From: an uncultured Clostridia bacterium | GTDB taxonomy: Bacteria > Bacillota > Clostridia > TANB77 > CAG-508 | NCBI GenBank assembly: GCA_934183325.1 | Contig: CAKPSH010000007.1 | Span: forward strand, 1,029 to 65,028 | Length of the DNA stretch: 64,000 nt | Direction of reading: 5' to 3' | In this document: piece after piece, positions 10,952 through 20,859 of the stretch | Layout: each line of letters begins with the position of its first letter | Position numbering within the stretch: position 1 is the first letter of the stretch | Translations under genes and position numbers: made by a program | Notes under the pieces: model-generated | The model's database searches: none | Seen by the model: the letters and a program-made list of their open reading frames with translations, nothing else | What the model was told of the DNA's origin: nothing

Positions 10952-11130
10952 TTTTGCACCTCCTAAATTTTACATTCGCCTAATTCGTAGAAAAAGTGGT
11001 GTTATAACCTTTTTCCAAGAAATAGGTAATAATACTTTTCTAGTATACTATAAAAATTCTAAAAAATCAATACTTTTATAGAAATAAAATCTATTATCAT
11101 TTCTCACAATTTCAGTATTATATATTTATA

Positions 11131-11159
11131 TTGTATTATTATGTAAAGTGTACTATAAT
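11131..11159 (+). promoter_or_regulatory. candidate promoter of the interrupted small-ORF cassette
   Basis: TTGTAT (11131-11136), 17-nt spacer, TATAAT (11154-11159). Confidence 0.45.
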
Positions 11160-11223
11160 ATTTATGTTGTCAAAGCGAATGTCCGAAAAGTAAACACTAT
11201 TAACAGTGACTTGGAGGTTCATT

Positions 11224-11442
11224 ATGAAAGTTATTTACAAAGATGGTAGCGAAGGAGTTTTATCCGCAGAAGCTTCTGAAAAGTTGCACCTTTAGGGGCG
11301 CTTTACTTTGGAAGCTTGGCAGGAGCTTGAACAAGAGATGACTCGACTCGGCATTATCAAGTTTGAGGATCCTCTTCTTAAGATGTGGGGCGCAGGATAT
11401 GCATCGATTGAATATGTTCGAAATCAGGTAGCAGCTCACTAA
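11224..11442 (+). pseudogene. GC-rich small ORF (72 codons) interrupted by an in-frame TAG at 11293-11295
   Basis: Own reading: GGAGG, then ATG 11224 and MKVIYKDGSEGVLSAEASEKLHL, then TAG. The same frame continues GRFTLEAWQELEQEMTRLGIIKFEDPLLKMWGAGYASIEYVRNQVAAH to TAA 11440-11442. Both halves are under 60 aa, so it is absent from the ORF track. 29/60 G+C at 11281-11340. Confidence 0.5.
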
Positions 11443-11478
11443 TTTTTTATTCCTTCGCTAAGACAACTTTTTTCAAAA

Positions 11479-11518
11479 GGAGCCAGCAATCCTATAGATT
11501 GATTGCTGGCTCCTTTTG
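11479..11518 (+). terminator. intrinsic terminator of the interrupted cassette
   Basis: Perfect 13-bp stem, GGAGCCAGCAATC (11479-11491) with GATTGCTGGCTCC (11501-11513), then TTTT. Confidence 0.8.
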
Positions 11519-11544
11519 AGATTGTAAATTGTAACTAATATTTT

Positions 11545-11934
11545 CTAATTATAAAGTTTTTTGAAAAAATCGTCTATGTCATCACATATATATTCAAATT
11601 TATTTTCTTCATGTAAATATAGTTCTACAGCTTTTGTTTTTTTATTTATACATATTATATCTCCAAATGGTGTAGTTGCAAAAGGAATATATTCCATATT
11701 AAATATACTTTCATACATATATATACTCTCTTTTGATTCTTTATTATATGATATTAAATTTTGAACAACTCTTTCTTTACTATCTTTTGTATCAAATACT
11801 TTTTTTGAAGGGCATCCTCCATTATATTTTAATATAACTTCTTTTAGTTTTTTTGGTATCTCTAGTTTATATTTTTGTTCTATATTTTCTATGCTCTTAC
11901 TATCAACTAGTGGTTCTACATACTTCCAATCCAT
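11545..11934 (-). CDS. SMI1/KNR4 (SUKH-1) family protein, immunity-protein-like
   Basis: ORF 11545-11982, start moved to MDWKYVEPL (ATG 11934) after GGAGG. Pattern IEQKYKLEIPKKLKEVILKYNGG ... FATTPFGDIICI ... is typical of SMI1/KNR4. Confidence 0.75.
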   Translation of the reverse strand: MDWKYVEPLVDSKSIENIEQKYKLEIPKKLKEVILKYNGGCPSKKVFDTKDSKERVVQNLISYNKESKESIYMYESIFNMEYIPFATTPFGDIICINKKTKAVELYLHEENKFEYICDDIDDFFKKLYN

Positions 11935-12189
11935 ATAATACCTCCTCATTAAATATTTTTCATTCATCAAAACCTTTTGCATACTATTATTTTAACTCTT
12001 TTTCCATTGATTATCAAGATATTTTTGATTTTTAATTAATATCTTTTTATATTTTACATATTGTTAAAAATAAAATTTAAAATAAATTTGACACACTAAA
12101 CTATAAAAAATATTTAAAATATTGCTAATATTCATTAAATTTTATAAAAAAAGAAAAGCACTATATCTATTGATACAGCGCTTTTTCTT

Positions 12190-12265
<76 letters not shown>

Positions 12266-12282
12266 ATATTTAAGCAAAAAAA

Positions 12283-12359
12283 TGGCGACCTGGAACGGGC
12301 TCGAACCGTCGACCTCTAGCGTGACAGGCTAGCGTTCTAACCAACTGAACTACCAGGCC
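12283..12359 (-). tRNA. tRNA-Asp (anticodon GTC)
   Basis: Reverse complement GGCCTGGTAGTTCAGTTGGTTAGAAC...CTGTCAC...GGTTCGAGCCCGTCCAGGTCGCCA-like cloverleaf with encoded CCA. Confidence 0.9.
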
Positions 12360-12369
12360 GTAAAAAAAA

Positions 12370-12445
12370 TGGTGGGCGCTATAGGGCTCGAACCTATGAC
12401 CTCCTGCTTGTAAGGCAGATGCTCTCCCAGCTGAGCTAAGCGCCC
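12370..12445 (-). tRNA. tRNA-Val (anticodon TAC)
   Basis: Reverse complement GGGCGCTTAGCTCAGCTGGGAGAGC...CTTACAA...GGTTCGAGCCCTATAGCGCCCACCA. Confidence 0.9.
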
Positions 12446-12465
12446 ATTTCCTTTCGACATTGACT

Positions 12466-12494
12466 ATTATACGCATTTTTCTTTAAGATGTCAA
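12466..12494 (-). promoter_or_regulatory. promoter of the tRNA Val-Asp-Phe operon
   Basis: Minus strand reads TTGACA (12494-12489), 17-nt spacer, TATAAT (12471-12466), about 20 nt upstream of tRNA-Val. Confidence 0.6.
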
Positions 12495-12970
12495 TAGTTT
12501 TTTTAATTTTTTTTATTTTTTTTATTTTATTTTTTTAAAATTGGCTTTTTCCAATAGTTTGACAGTCTAATTTTTTAAAATCAAATAATGTTTATCTAAA
12601 CTTTTTCTTAATTCCTATCTTTATTATTATCTTATTCATGTCACATGATATTAATAATTTTTTCTTCGACATACTTAGCTTTTATTTTTCATTAATGTGT
12701 ATAAATATTTGCACTTATTCAGCATATTCTCGTATATTTTCAATAACAATGTATTTACTAATTAAAATATTTAAATTCTACTTTTCTTTTTATTTCAAAG
12801 TATTTCATAATTGTTTTATATTTACTGTTTTTATACACTAAAAAGTTCATAAAACTTTTACAATATACAAGAAAATATTTTATTGATATTTTTTTTCTTT
12901 TGTGTTATCCTAATACAGAAATAATAAATATATATTAAGTATATTTTTACTTAAGAAAGGATGAAAAATT

Positions 12971-15208
12971 ATGAGATTTACTGAATGGAATGGTTTCAAT
13001 GGCGGAGACTGGGAAAACGAAATTGATGTTAGAGAATTTATTCAAAAGAACTATACGCCATATTGTGGTGATGCTAGCTTTTTAGCAGGTGCTACACCAA
13101 AAACTCAAGAATTATGGAATAAAGTTCTTGAATTATATAAAAAAGAAAAAGATTCACAAGGTGGAGTTTTAGATATTGATACAAAAACACCTTCTGGAGT
13201 TGATGCATATCAACCAGGATATATTGATAAAGATTTAGAAGATATTGTTGGTCTTCAAACTGATGCCCCTTTAAAAAGAGCTATTATGCCTAATGGTGGT
13301 ATAAGAATTGTAGAAAAATCTTGTGAAGCATGTGGAAAAGAAGTTGATCCTGAATTAGATAAAATTTATCATACTATAAGAAAAACACACAATGATGGTG
13401 TATTTAGTGTATATACTCCTGATATTAGAGCTGCAAGAAGTTCTCATCTACTTACAGGTCTTCCTGATGGATATGGTCGTGGTAGAATAATTGGTGATTA
13501 TAGACGTGTTGCTCTATATGGTGTAGATATATTAATAGAAGAAAAGAAACATGAATTAGAATTAGTTGATCTTGATAACCTTACAGAAGAGATTATTCGT
13601 GAACGCGAAGAGATTAGTGACCAAATTCTTGCATTAAAAGCATTAAAAAGTATGGCTTCAAAATATGGTTTTGATATTTCTAAACCTGCTTGTAATTCAA
13701 GAGAAGCTGTTCAATGGTTATATTTTGGATATTTAGGTGCAATAAAAGATCAAAATGGTGCTGCAATGAGCCTAGGTAGAACTTCTACTTTCTTAGATAT
13801 CTATTTTGAAAGAGATTTAAAAGCAGGATACATTACAGAAGAAGAAGCACAGGAAATAATGGACCATTTTGTTATGAAATTAAGATTAGTTAGATTTTTA
13901 AGAACTCCTGAATACAATGAATTGTTCTCTGGAGATCCAGTATGGGTTACAGAATCAATTGGTGGTATGGGAATTGATGGTAGAACATTAGTTACTAAAA
14001 ATTCTTTTAGAATTTTAAATACTTTAAATACTTTAGGATCTGCTCCAGAGCCAAATTTAACAGTTTTATGGTCTACTAGACTTCCAGAAGGATTTAAGAA
14101 ATTTGCAACAGGTCTTTCAATAAAGACATCTTCTATTCAATATGAAAATGATGATTTAATGAGAGTTACTTTAGGTGATGATTATGGTATAGCTTGTTGT
14201 GTTTCTGCTATGAAAATAGGTAAACAAATGCAATTCTTTGGTGCAAGAGCAAACTTAGCAAAAGCTTTATTATATGCAATAAATGGTGGTAGAGATGAAT
14301 TAACTGGAAAACAAGTCACTCCTGAATTTGCTCCTATTACATCTGAATATTTAAATTATGATGAAGTAATAGCTAAATATAATGTTATGATGGATTATGT
14401 TGCTAAAATCTATTTAAAAGCTTTAAATTGCATACATTACATGCATGATAAATATTCTTATGAAGCATTAGAAATGGCTTTACATGATAAAGATATTTTA
14501 AGAACTATGGCTTGTGGAATTTCAGGTTTCTCTGTTGTAGTTGATTCACTTTCAGCAATTAAATATGCTAAAGTAAAAGTTATAAGAGATGAAACAGGAT
14601 TAGCTGTTGATTATGAGATTGAAGGAGACTTTCCTAAATTCGGCAATGATGATAATAGAGTTGATGAAATTGCAGTTGAATTAGTAAAAGTATTTTTAGG
14701 CAAATTAAAAAGATATAACACATATAAACATTCAAAAACTACAATGTCTATCCTTACAATTACTTCAAATGTTGTTTATGGAAAACACACTGGTAATACT
14801 CCTGATGGTAGACGTTATGGAGCTCCATTTGGACCTGGTGCAAATCCTCTTCATGGAAGAGATGTTAATGGTGCTCTTGCGGTTATGAATAGTATTGCAA
14901 AATTACCTTATGATTACTCAGAAGATGGAATTTCTTATACATTTTCTATTACACCTGGAACATTAGGAAATGATTCTGAAACTCAAGTAAATAATCTAGT
15001 ATCAATGTTAGATGGTTTCTTTGCTAGAAAAGGTCATCATATTAATGTTAATGTTTTTGATAGAGCTCTTCTTGTTGACGCAATGGAACATCCAGAAAAA
15101 TACCCACAATTAACCATAAGAGTATCTGGATATGCTGTTAAATTTATTAATTTAACTCGTGAACAACAATTAGACGTAATTAATAGAACAATTCATGAAA
15201 AAATTTAA
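12971..15208 (+). CDS. pflB: pyruvate formate-lyase (formate C-acetyltransferase)
   Basis: 745 aa with active-site CCVSAM and glycyl-radical motif RVSGYAV near the C-terminus. Confidence 0.97.
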   Translation: MRFTEWNGFNGGDWENEIDVREFIQKNYTPYCGDASFLAGATPKTQELWNKVLELYKKEKDSQGGVLDIDTKTPSGVDAYQPGYIDKDLEDIVGLQTDAPLKRAIMPNGGIRIVEKSCEACGKEVDPELDKIYHTIRKTHNDGVFSVYTPDIRAARSSHLLTGLPDGYGRGRIIGDYRRVALYGVDILIEEKKHELELVDLDNLTEEIIREREEISDQILALKALKSMASKYGFDISKPACNSREAVQWLYFGYLGAIKDQNGAAMSLGRTSTFLDIYFERDLKAGYITEEEAQEIMDHFVMKLRLVRFLRTPEYNELFSGDPVWVTESIGGMGIDGRTLVTKNSFRILNTLNTLGSAPEPNLTVLWSTRLPEGFKKFATGLSIKTSSIQYENDDLMRVTLGDDYGIACCVSAMKIGKQMQFFGARANLAKALLYAINGGRDELTGKQVTPEFAPITSEYLNYDEVIAKYNVMMDYVAKIYLKALNCIHYMHDKYSYEALEMALHDKDILRTMACGISGFSVVVDSLSAIKYAKVKVIRDETGLAVDYEIEGDFPKFGNDDNRVDEIAVELVKVFLGKLKRYNTYKHSKTTMSILTITSNVVYGKHTGNTPDGRRYGAPFGPGANPLHGRDVNGALAVMNSIAKLPYDYSEDGISYTFSITPGTLGNDSETQVNNLVSMLDGFFARKGHHINVNVFDRALLVDAMEHPEKYPQLTIRVSGYAVKFINLTREQQLDVINRTIHEKI

Positions 15209-15297
15209 TTAAATTTTGATTTATACTAGAGCATTGTATAGTATTAATTCTAATTTTAATACTATACTTGCTCATATTTTATATAATGGAGGTTATT

Positions 15298-16017
15298 ATG
15301 GAACAAGATTTTTTTAGAGTACACTCCTTCGAATCTTTTGGAGCGGTTGATGGTCCAGGAATAAGATATGTTGTATTTCTTCAAGGATGTTTTTTAAAAT
15401 GTAAATATTGTCAAAATCGTGACACTTGGGATTTCAACTGTGGTGAAAGGGTTTCAGTTGATGAACTTGTTGAAAAAATTTTAAATTATAAAGATTATAT
15501 TTGCCCATCTGGTGGTGTTACAATTTCTGGTGGTGAACCTCTTGCTCAAGTAAAACCTTTAATTAGTTTATTTAAAAAATTAAAGTCCTATAATATTCAT
15601 ACAGCTATTGATACCTCTGGTATGTTTGAGATTACAGATGATATAAAAGAATTATTAAAATATACCGATTTAGTATTATTAGATATTAAACATATTGATC
15701 CTATTAAATGCAAAAATCTAGTTGGATTTTCTAATGAAAAAGAGTTAAATTTTGCTAAATATTTAAGTGACAATAATATTGATATTTGGATAAGACAGGT
15801 TTTAATCCCTACTCTTACAGATGATGAAAATGACTTAATAAAATTACGTGAATTTCTTTCATCTTTGAAAACCTTAAAACATGTCGATATTTTACCATAT
15901 CATACCATGGGGAAATTTAAATGGGATAATCTTGGTATTCCCTATGAACTTGATGGTATTCCTGCCGCTACAAATGATGATGTATTAAGAGCAAAAAAAA
16001 TATTGCAGTTGAGTTAA
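15298..16017 (+). CDS. pflA: pyruvate formate-lyase activating enzyme (radical SAM)
   Basis: ORF 15268-16017, start moved to MEQDFF (ATG 15298) after GGAGG. CxxxCxxC cluster motif GCFLKCKYCQN. Confidence 0.95.
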   Translation: MEQDFFRVHSFESFGAVDGPGIRYVVFLQGCFLKCKYCQNRDTWDFNCGERVSVDELVEKILNYKDYICPSGGVTISGGEPLAQVKPLISLFKKLKSYNIHTAIDTSGMFEITDDIKELLKYTDLVLLDIKHIDPIKCKNLVGFSNEKELNFAKYLSDNNIDIWIRQVLIPTLTDDENDLIKLREFLSSLKTLKHVDILPYHTMGKFKWDNLGIPYELDGIPAATNDDVLRAKKILQLS

Positions 16018-16034
16018 TTTCAACTGCAATATTT
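15999..16034. terminator. bidirectional stem-loop between pflA and the rhodanese gene
   Basis: ATATTGCAGTTGA/TCAACTGCAATAT inverted repeat spans the pflA stop and lies between convergent genes. Confidence 0.55.
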
Positions 16035-16385
16035 TTATATTCCCTCTAAACCTCCATCAAGTTCAAATATATTAATGTATCCCATTCTTTTTAACATTCT
16101 TCCTGCTTTCTCACTTCTTCCTCCCATTTGGCAATACACAATAATTGTTTGTCCTTTATTCGGAACTAAAAAGTTTATCTTATTTTTCAATTCACATAAT
16201 GGAATATTTACAGCACCTAACAAGTGACCTTCGCAAAATTCTTTTCTGCTTCTGACATCTAATAAAATTATATTTCCATTTTCCTTCATTAAATTTTGTA
16301 ATGTTCTATAATCTATTTTTTGTATATCTTCTCCTCTTGTTAGACCTTTCCTCATATTATAAAAGAATTTATATAAAATATTCAT
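16035..16385 (-). CDS. rhodanese-domain sulfurtransferase
   Basis: LLDVRSRKEFCEGHLLGAVNIP and active-site loop YCQMGGRS. Start moved to ATG 16385, 9 nt after GAGGT. Confidence 0.85.
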   Translation of the reverse strand: MNILYKFFYNMRKGLTRGEDIQKIDYRTLQNLMKENGNIILLDVRSRKEFCEGHLLGAVNIPLCELKNKINFLVPNKGQTIIVYCQMGGRSEKAGRMLKRMGYINIFELDGGLEGI

Positions 16386-16456
16386 ATTATTCAAACCTCA
16401 TATATTAAGTCTTATTATATAATATGCTTTTCTCTTATAATATTTACATAATTTTA

Positions 16457-16771
16457 TCATATTATTAACATATATAACAAAAATGCTGTTTCAAGTCCAA
16501 GTATTACTGGCATTCCTATTGTAAATTTCTTTTTCATAGTTTTATGTCTAAACTTATACATTCCAGCTATGGTACCAATGCCACCACCAAGCCAAGTGAA
16601 CATAAATAATGTTTTTTCTGGTATTCTCCACTTTCCTTTTTCAGCTTTTCTTTTGTCTATATACATAATTAAAAAACCTAATAAATTTATAATTAGTAAA
16701 TATAAGAAAATATTTTTAAAATTAATAATTGGTAATGTCAATAACCAACTTTTAAATTCCTTCATCTTCAT
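16457..16771 (-). CDS. DUF1294-family membrane protein
   Basis: DKRKAEKGKWRIPEKTLF...GGGIGTIAGMYKFRHKTMKKKF pattern. Overlaps the 3' end of the U32 gene by 20 nt. Confidence 0.75.
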   Translation of the reverse strand: MKMKEFKSWLLTLPIINFKNIFLYLLIINLLGFLIMYIDKRKAEKGKWRIPEKTLFMFTWLGGGIGTIAGMYKFRHKTMKKKFTIGMPVILGLETAFLLYMLII

Positions 16772-18017
16772 TTTCTCCTAATATTGAATGTTTACTTCTT
16801 CTTATTATCCAATCTTTTTCACATTTTATTGGTAATCTTATTCTAACTTTCTGTCCTGCTTTTCCAGGGCTAACAGCTTCAATTTCTTCTCCTGTTTCAT
16901 AATCCCATAATCTATCTATTTCAAATCTATGTACATCTATTGTGCCAGGAATTATAATCTCTAAAATATCACCTATTTTTAATTTGTTTTTTATTTCAAT
17001 TATAGATTGTTCTGGTAAATATTCTACAACTTTTCCTCCAAATTCATAATCTGGGTTATACTGTTTTCCTTCATATTCTTGGAAATCCTTATTATTCCTG
17101 TCATTAAAATAAAAAGTTGTTAGGCTTCTTGTCTTTACTTTATCTATTTCCTTTAAATACTTTGTATAATCGTAATTTTGAGGATCTTTTATATAATCAT
17201 CTATTGCATTTCTATATGCATTTATAACACTAGCCAAATAATATTCAGTTTTTAATCTTCCCTCTATTTTTAAACTATCAACACCAATATCTATAATTTC
17301 AGGAATTTCCTTTAATAAACATAAATCTTTTGATGAAAATATATATGTTCCTTTTTCATCATATTCTACTGGCATTAGATTTCCTGGATTATTTTTTTCT
17401 TCAACATAAACATTATAAGCCCATCTACAGCTTTGAGCACAGTCACCTAAATTTGCACTTCTAGATGCTAAGAAATCACTTAAGAAACATCTTCCAGAAT
17501 ATCCAAAGCATAATGCACCATGAACAAAAATTTCTGTTTCCAATCCCATTGGTGTATTATCTACAATATATTTTATTTGATCTTTTGAAAGTTCTCTTCC
17601 TAAAATTACTCTTTTAGCTCCATTTTTATACCAAAACATTGCGTCATGTGCACTTACTGTATTTGCTTGTGTACTTATATGAATATCTATATCTGGTGCT
17701 TCTTCCTTTAATACTTCAATTACTCCCCCATCTGATGCTATAATTCCATCAACCTTTAATTCATTTAGCATTCTTGCTTGTTTTCTTATTTCTGTATATG
17801 TGTCATCCCAAGCATATATATTAACTGCAGCATATACTTTTTTTCCTATACTATGTGCATATCTTATTGTATTAGCTAAGTCTTCATTATCAACTTCTGC
17901 TCTACTTCTAAGAGAAAGTTCTGCGGTCCCGCAATATACAGCATCTGCTCCATACATAAATGCAATTTTAGCTTTTTCAAAAGATCCTGCTGGTGCCAAT
18001 AATTCTGGTTTTTTCAT
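16752..18017 (-). CDS. peptidase U32 family protein
   Basis: U32 signature EIFVHGALCFGYSGRCFLS, 421 aa. Confidence 0.9.
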   Translation of the reverse strand: MKKPELLAPAGSFEKAKIAFMYGADAVYCGTAELSLRSRAEVDNEDLANTIRYAHSIGKKVYAAVNIYAWDDTYTEIRKQARMLNELKVDGIIASDGGVIEVLKEEAPDIDIHISTQANTVSAHDAMFWYKNGAKRVILGRELSKDQIKYIVDNTPMGLETEIFVHGALCFGYSGRCFLSDFLASRSANLGDCAQSCRWAYNVYVEEKNNPGNLMPVEYDEKGTYIFSSKDLCLLKEIPEIIDIGVDSLKIEGRLKTEYYLASVINAYRNAIDDYIKDPQNYDYTKYLKEIDKVKTRSLTTFYFNDRNNKDFQEYEGKQYNPDYEFGGKVVEYLPEQSIIEIKNKLKIGDILEIIIPGTIDVHRFEIDRLWDYETGEEIEAVSPGKAGQKVRIRLPIKCEKDWIIRRSKHSILGENEDEGI

Positions 18018-18088
18018 AGATTTTCCTTCCTTCTTTTCATAATATGAATTAGTATAACATATTTATTAAAATTTTGCATTATTTTTTA

Positions 18089-18121
18089 TAAAAGTGGTAT
18101 CAAATAATTGATACCACTTTT
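18089..18121 (-). terminator. terminator after RNase P RNA
   Basis: AAAAGTGGTATCAA/TTGATACCACTTTT hairpin immediately 3' of rnpB. Confidence 0.7.
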
Positions 18122-18122
18122 G

Positions 18123-18473
18123 TAAGTGAACCTATAAGCCGGGTTCTGTCTAGAATAGTCATTTATCTACTATTTATATTACTATAAATCTCAAGCGACC
18201 AAATTAAGAAGATGAAAAGAGCAATCTTATTCTTCTTGTCTCGGTCTTGCCTCAGGTGGGGTTTACATGGACCAACTGTGTCACCACAGTCGCGGTAAGC
18301 TCTTACCTCACCTTTTCACCCTTACCACTACTATAAGTGGCGGTAATTTTCTGTTGCACTTTCCTTAAGGTTTCCCTCACTGGACGTTATCCAGCACCCT
18401 GCTCTTTAGAGGCCCGGACTTTCCTCGTACGCTATCTTTCGATCTTGCTATACGCGACTATTCAATTCACTCA
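18123..18473 (-). ncRNA. rnpB: RNase P RNA (bacterial, type B-like)
   Basis: Minus strand carries the universal P4 motifs GAGGAAAGTCCGGGC (18426-18412) and ACAGAACCCGGCTTA (18149-18135). P1 pairs AGTGAA/TTCACT at the two ends. The block is GC-rich with no credible ORF. Ends are approximate. Confidence 0.85.
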
Positions 18474-18561
18474 TTATTTTATTTTAATTGATTTTCAATT
18501 AAAAGTCAATACTACTTTTCTTTGTTTTACGGCAAAATTAACCAATTAAGCAATATTTTCC

Positions 18562-18590
18562 TTGACATTTACATAAAATAATAGTATAAT
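18562..18590 (+). promoter_or_regulatory. consensus sigma-A promoter of an orphan transcription unit
   Basis: TTGACA (18562-18567), 17-nt spacer, TATAAT (18585-18590). Confidence 0.6.
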
Positions 18591-18596
18591 AATAGT

Positions 18597-18806
18597 TGTA
18601 GATGGCTAAATGCCATTTGCAGGAATGTACATTGAGTGAGTGTAAAAAAAAGCGTCCTGTCAGGTTTTTTCTTGATTACGAGGTGTAAATCCCCGTCGAA
18701 TGTTAGGTCTCCTCACCGAGCATTCTTTAGGAAGGACGTTCTTTGGTTCCGTGCTGGTTCCAAAGTACTAACCCCGCTGATTCAGAATCAGCGGGGTTTC
18801 TTTTTA
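18597..18806 (+). ncRNA. candidate structured ncRNA (~210 nt), family unassigned
   Basis: Lies between the consensus promoter and a 14-bp palindromic terminator AACCCCGCTGATTC/GAATCAGCGGGGTT (18770-18798) plus T-run. GC-enriched, with internal pairings (ATGGC/GCCAT 18602-18616; CGTCCT 18652-18657 with AGGACG 18732-18737). Only SD-less ORFs up to 28 codons. Confidence 0.5.
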
Positions 18807-18919
18807 TATTCTTAGGAAAGTCATCTATGAAATAGTGAGTTTCCTTAGAAGATAATTATGGAAGAATTAAATTTCCTTATGTGCCTTGGGCACTTAGAAA
18901 ATATTATTCTTGTTTTTTA
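18801..18919 (-). repeat. ~118-bp terminator-associated dispersed repeat, copy 1 (inverted relative to copies 2-6)
   Basis: Reverse complement matches copies 2-4 with about 3 substitutions; one lies in the loop of the GTGCC...GGCAC hairpin. Starts in the T-run of the preceding terminator and ends on the htpG stop codon. Confidence 0.85.
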
Positions 18920-20794
18920 TTTCGAAATTATTTCACAAATATAATTACTTATCTCTGTTGGATTTTCTATTGGTAAGCCTTCAATTAATCTGGCCTGTGA
19001 ATATAATACCTTTGTATATTTTTTTAATTCTTCTTTATTATTTTCAAATAAATCTTTTAGTTTTTTTGCAATTTCATGATTTTCATTTATCTCTAGAACA
19101 GTTTGTGCCTTAACCCCTTGACTGTTTGGCATAGCACTTAATGTCTTTGCCATTTCAATTGATACTGCTCCCTCACTGCTTAAGCATACTGGATGATTCT
19201 TTAATCTGTGAGTAAATCTTATTTCTTTTACTTCACCACTTATTGCTTCTAACATTGTATCAAACATTTCTTTGCTTTCTTCATTTTTCTTTTCAAGTTC
19301 TTCTTTCTCTTCTGCTGTATCTAAATCTATACTTTCAGAACTTACATTCTTAAATGTCTTTTCTTCATAATTCATTATAACTTGTAGAACAAATTCATCT
19401 ACATTATCTGTTAAATATAATACTTCAAAGCCTTTATCTTTAAATGCTTCTACTTGTGGTAATAAATCTATTTTATCTATTGTTTCACCTGCTGCATAAT
19501 AAATTTCTTTTTGTCCTTCCTTCATTCTTTGAACATATTCTTTTAATGTAACTAATTTCTTTTCTGTTGATGAATAGAACATTAATAAATCTTTTAATTT
19601 ATCCTTGTCCATTCCATAATTTCCATAAGTTCCATATTTTAATTGTAAACCAAATGTATTAAAGAATTTTTCATATTTAGTCCTATCTGTTTTTAACATA
19701 TTCTCTAATTCAGCTCTTATTTTATTTTCGATATTTTTAGCTATAATTTTTAATTGTCTATCATGTTGTAGCATTTCTCTTGAAATGTTTAAAGACAAAT
19801 CCTGACTATCTACCAATCCTGTTACAAATCCAAAATAATCTGGTAGCAAATCTTTGCATTTATCCATTATCAATACACCATTTGCATATAATTGTAGTCC
19901 TCTTTCATATTCTTGAGAATAGTAATCATAAGGCAAATGTTCTGGTATAAATAGTAAAGCATCATAAGTAAATTGACCTTCAACTGATGTATGAATTACT
20001 TTCATAGGATTTTCAAAATCACGTATTTTTTCTTTATAAAATTCATTATATTCTTCATCTTTTATAGTCTTTTTATCTCTTTTCCATATAGGAATCATAG
20101 AATTTATTGTTTCTATTTTCTTTACTTTTTCATTTTCTTTTCCTTCTTTTTGAACTTGTTCCTCTAATTCCATTTGAATTGGATAACGAATATAATCAGA
20201 ATATCTCTTAATTAATCCTTCAATTGTAAAATCTTCTAAATATTGACTATATTTTTCTTCATCAGTATCTTCTTTTATATGAAGTGTTATCTTTGTTCCT
20301 ATATCACTTTTTTCACATTCTTCTATTGAGTACCCCTCTACTCCTTTTGATATCCATTTATAAGCTTTTTCTGAATCCATTGATTTTGTTTCAACAGTTA
20401 CTTCATCACTTACCATAAATGACGAATAAAATCCCACACCAAATTGTCCTATAATATCTATATCTTTTCCTTTTTCTATTTCTTCTTTAAAGCTTAACGA
20501 ACCACTTTTAGCAATAGTTCCAAGATTATTATCTAATTCTTCTTCTGTCATTCCACAACCATTATCTGTTATTGTTATTGTTCTTTTTTCTTTATCCAAG
20601 TCAACTTTTATTTTCAAATCTTCTTTTTTTAATGTAGTATTTTTATCTGTTAATGAACGATAATAACGTTTATCAATTGCATCACTCGCATTTGAAATAA
20701 GTTCTCTTAAAAATATCTCTTTATTTGTATAAATTGAATTAATCATTAAATCTAATACTCTTTTAGATTCTGCTTTAAATTCTTTATTCTCCAT
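18917..20794 (-). CDS. htpG: molecular chaperone HtpG (Hsp90)
   Basis: ORF 18917-20872, start moved to MENKEFKAE (ATG 20794) after AAGGAAGGA. Motifs ELISNASDA and GQFGVGFYS. Confidence 0.95.
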   Translation of the reverse strand: MENKEFKAESKRVLDLMINSIYTNKEIFLRELISNASDAIDKRYYRSLTDKNTTLKKEDLKIKVDLDKEKRTITITDNGCGMTEEELDNNLGTIAKSGSLSFKEEIEKGKDIDIIGQFGVGFYSSFMVSDEVTVETKSMDSEKAYKWISKGVEGYSIEECEKSDIGTKITLHIKEDTDEEKYSQYLEDFTIEGLIKRYSDYIRYPIQMELEEQVQKEGKENEKVKKIETINSMIPIWKRDKKTIKDEEYNEFYKEKIRDFENPMKVIHTSVEGQFTYDALLFIPEHLPYDYYSQEYERGLQLYANGVLIMDKCKDLLPDYFGFVTGLVDSQDLSLNISREMLQHDRQLKIIAKNIENKIRAELENMLKTDRTKYEKFFNTFGLQLKYGTYGNYGMDKDKLKDLLMFYSSTEKKLVTLKEYVQRMKEGQKEIYYAAGETIDKIDLLPQVEAFKDKGFEVLYLTDNVDEFVLQVIMNYEEKTFKNVSSESIDLDTAEEKEELEKKNEESKEMFDTMLEAISGEVKEIRFTHRLKNHPVCLSSEGAVSIEMAKTLSAMPNSQGVKAQTVLEINENHEIAKKLKDLFENNKEELKKYTKVLYSQARLIEGLPIENPTEISNYICEIISK

Positions 20795-20859
20795 TATAAC
20801 CAATCCTTCCTTTATTAAGACATTTCTTCTTAACATATTGTGTATTATATATCTATTTT

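Noticed and set aside
11293-11295. Pyrrolysine or other programmed recoding of the in-frame TAG
   Set aside because: TAG serves as an ordinary stop for mscS in this window. No pyl genes or PYLIS-like context are visible. A nonsense mutation is the simpler reading, although recoding cannot be excluded from sequence alone.
18337-18549. ORF 18337-18549 (+)
   Set aside because: It lies within or antisense to RNase P RNA and has no SD.
18597-18806. Assignment of the orphan RNA to 6S RNA, SRP RNA, tmRNA, or a type I toxin mRNA
   Set aside because: The 5' and 3' ends do not pair, as 6S requires. There is no SRP domain IV motif and no tRNA-like acceptor/T-arm ends. The possible peptides (28 and 23 aa) lack an SD and are not clearly hydrophobic.
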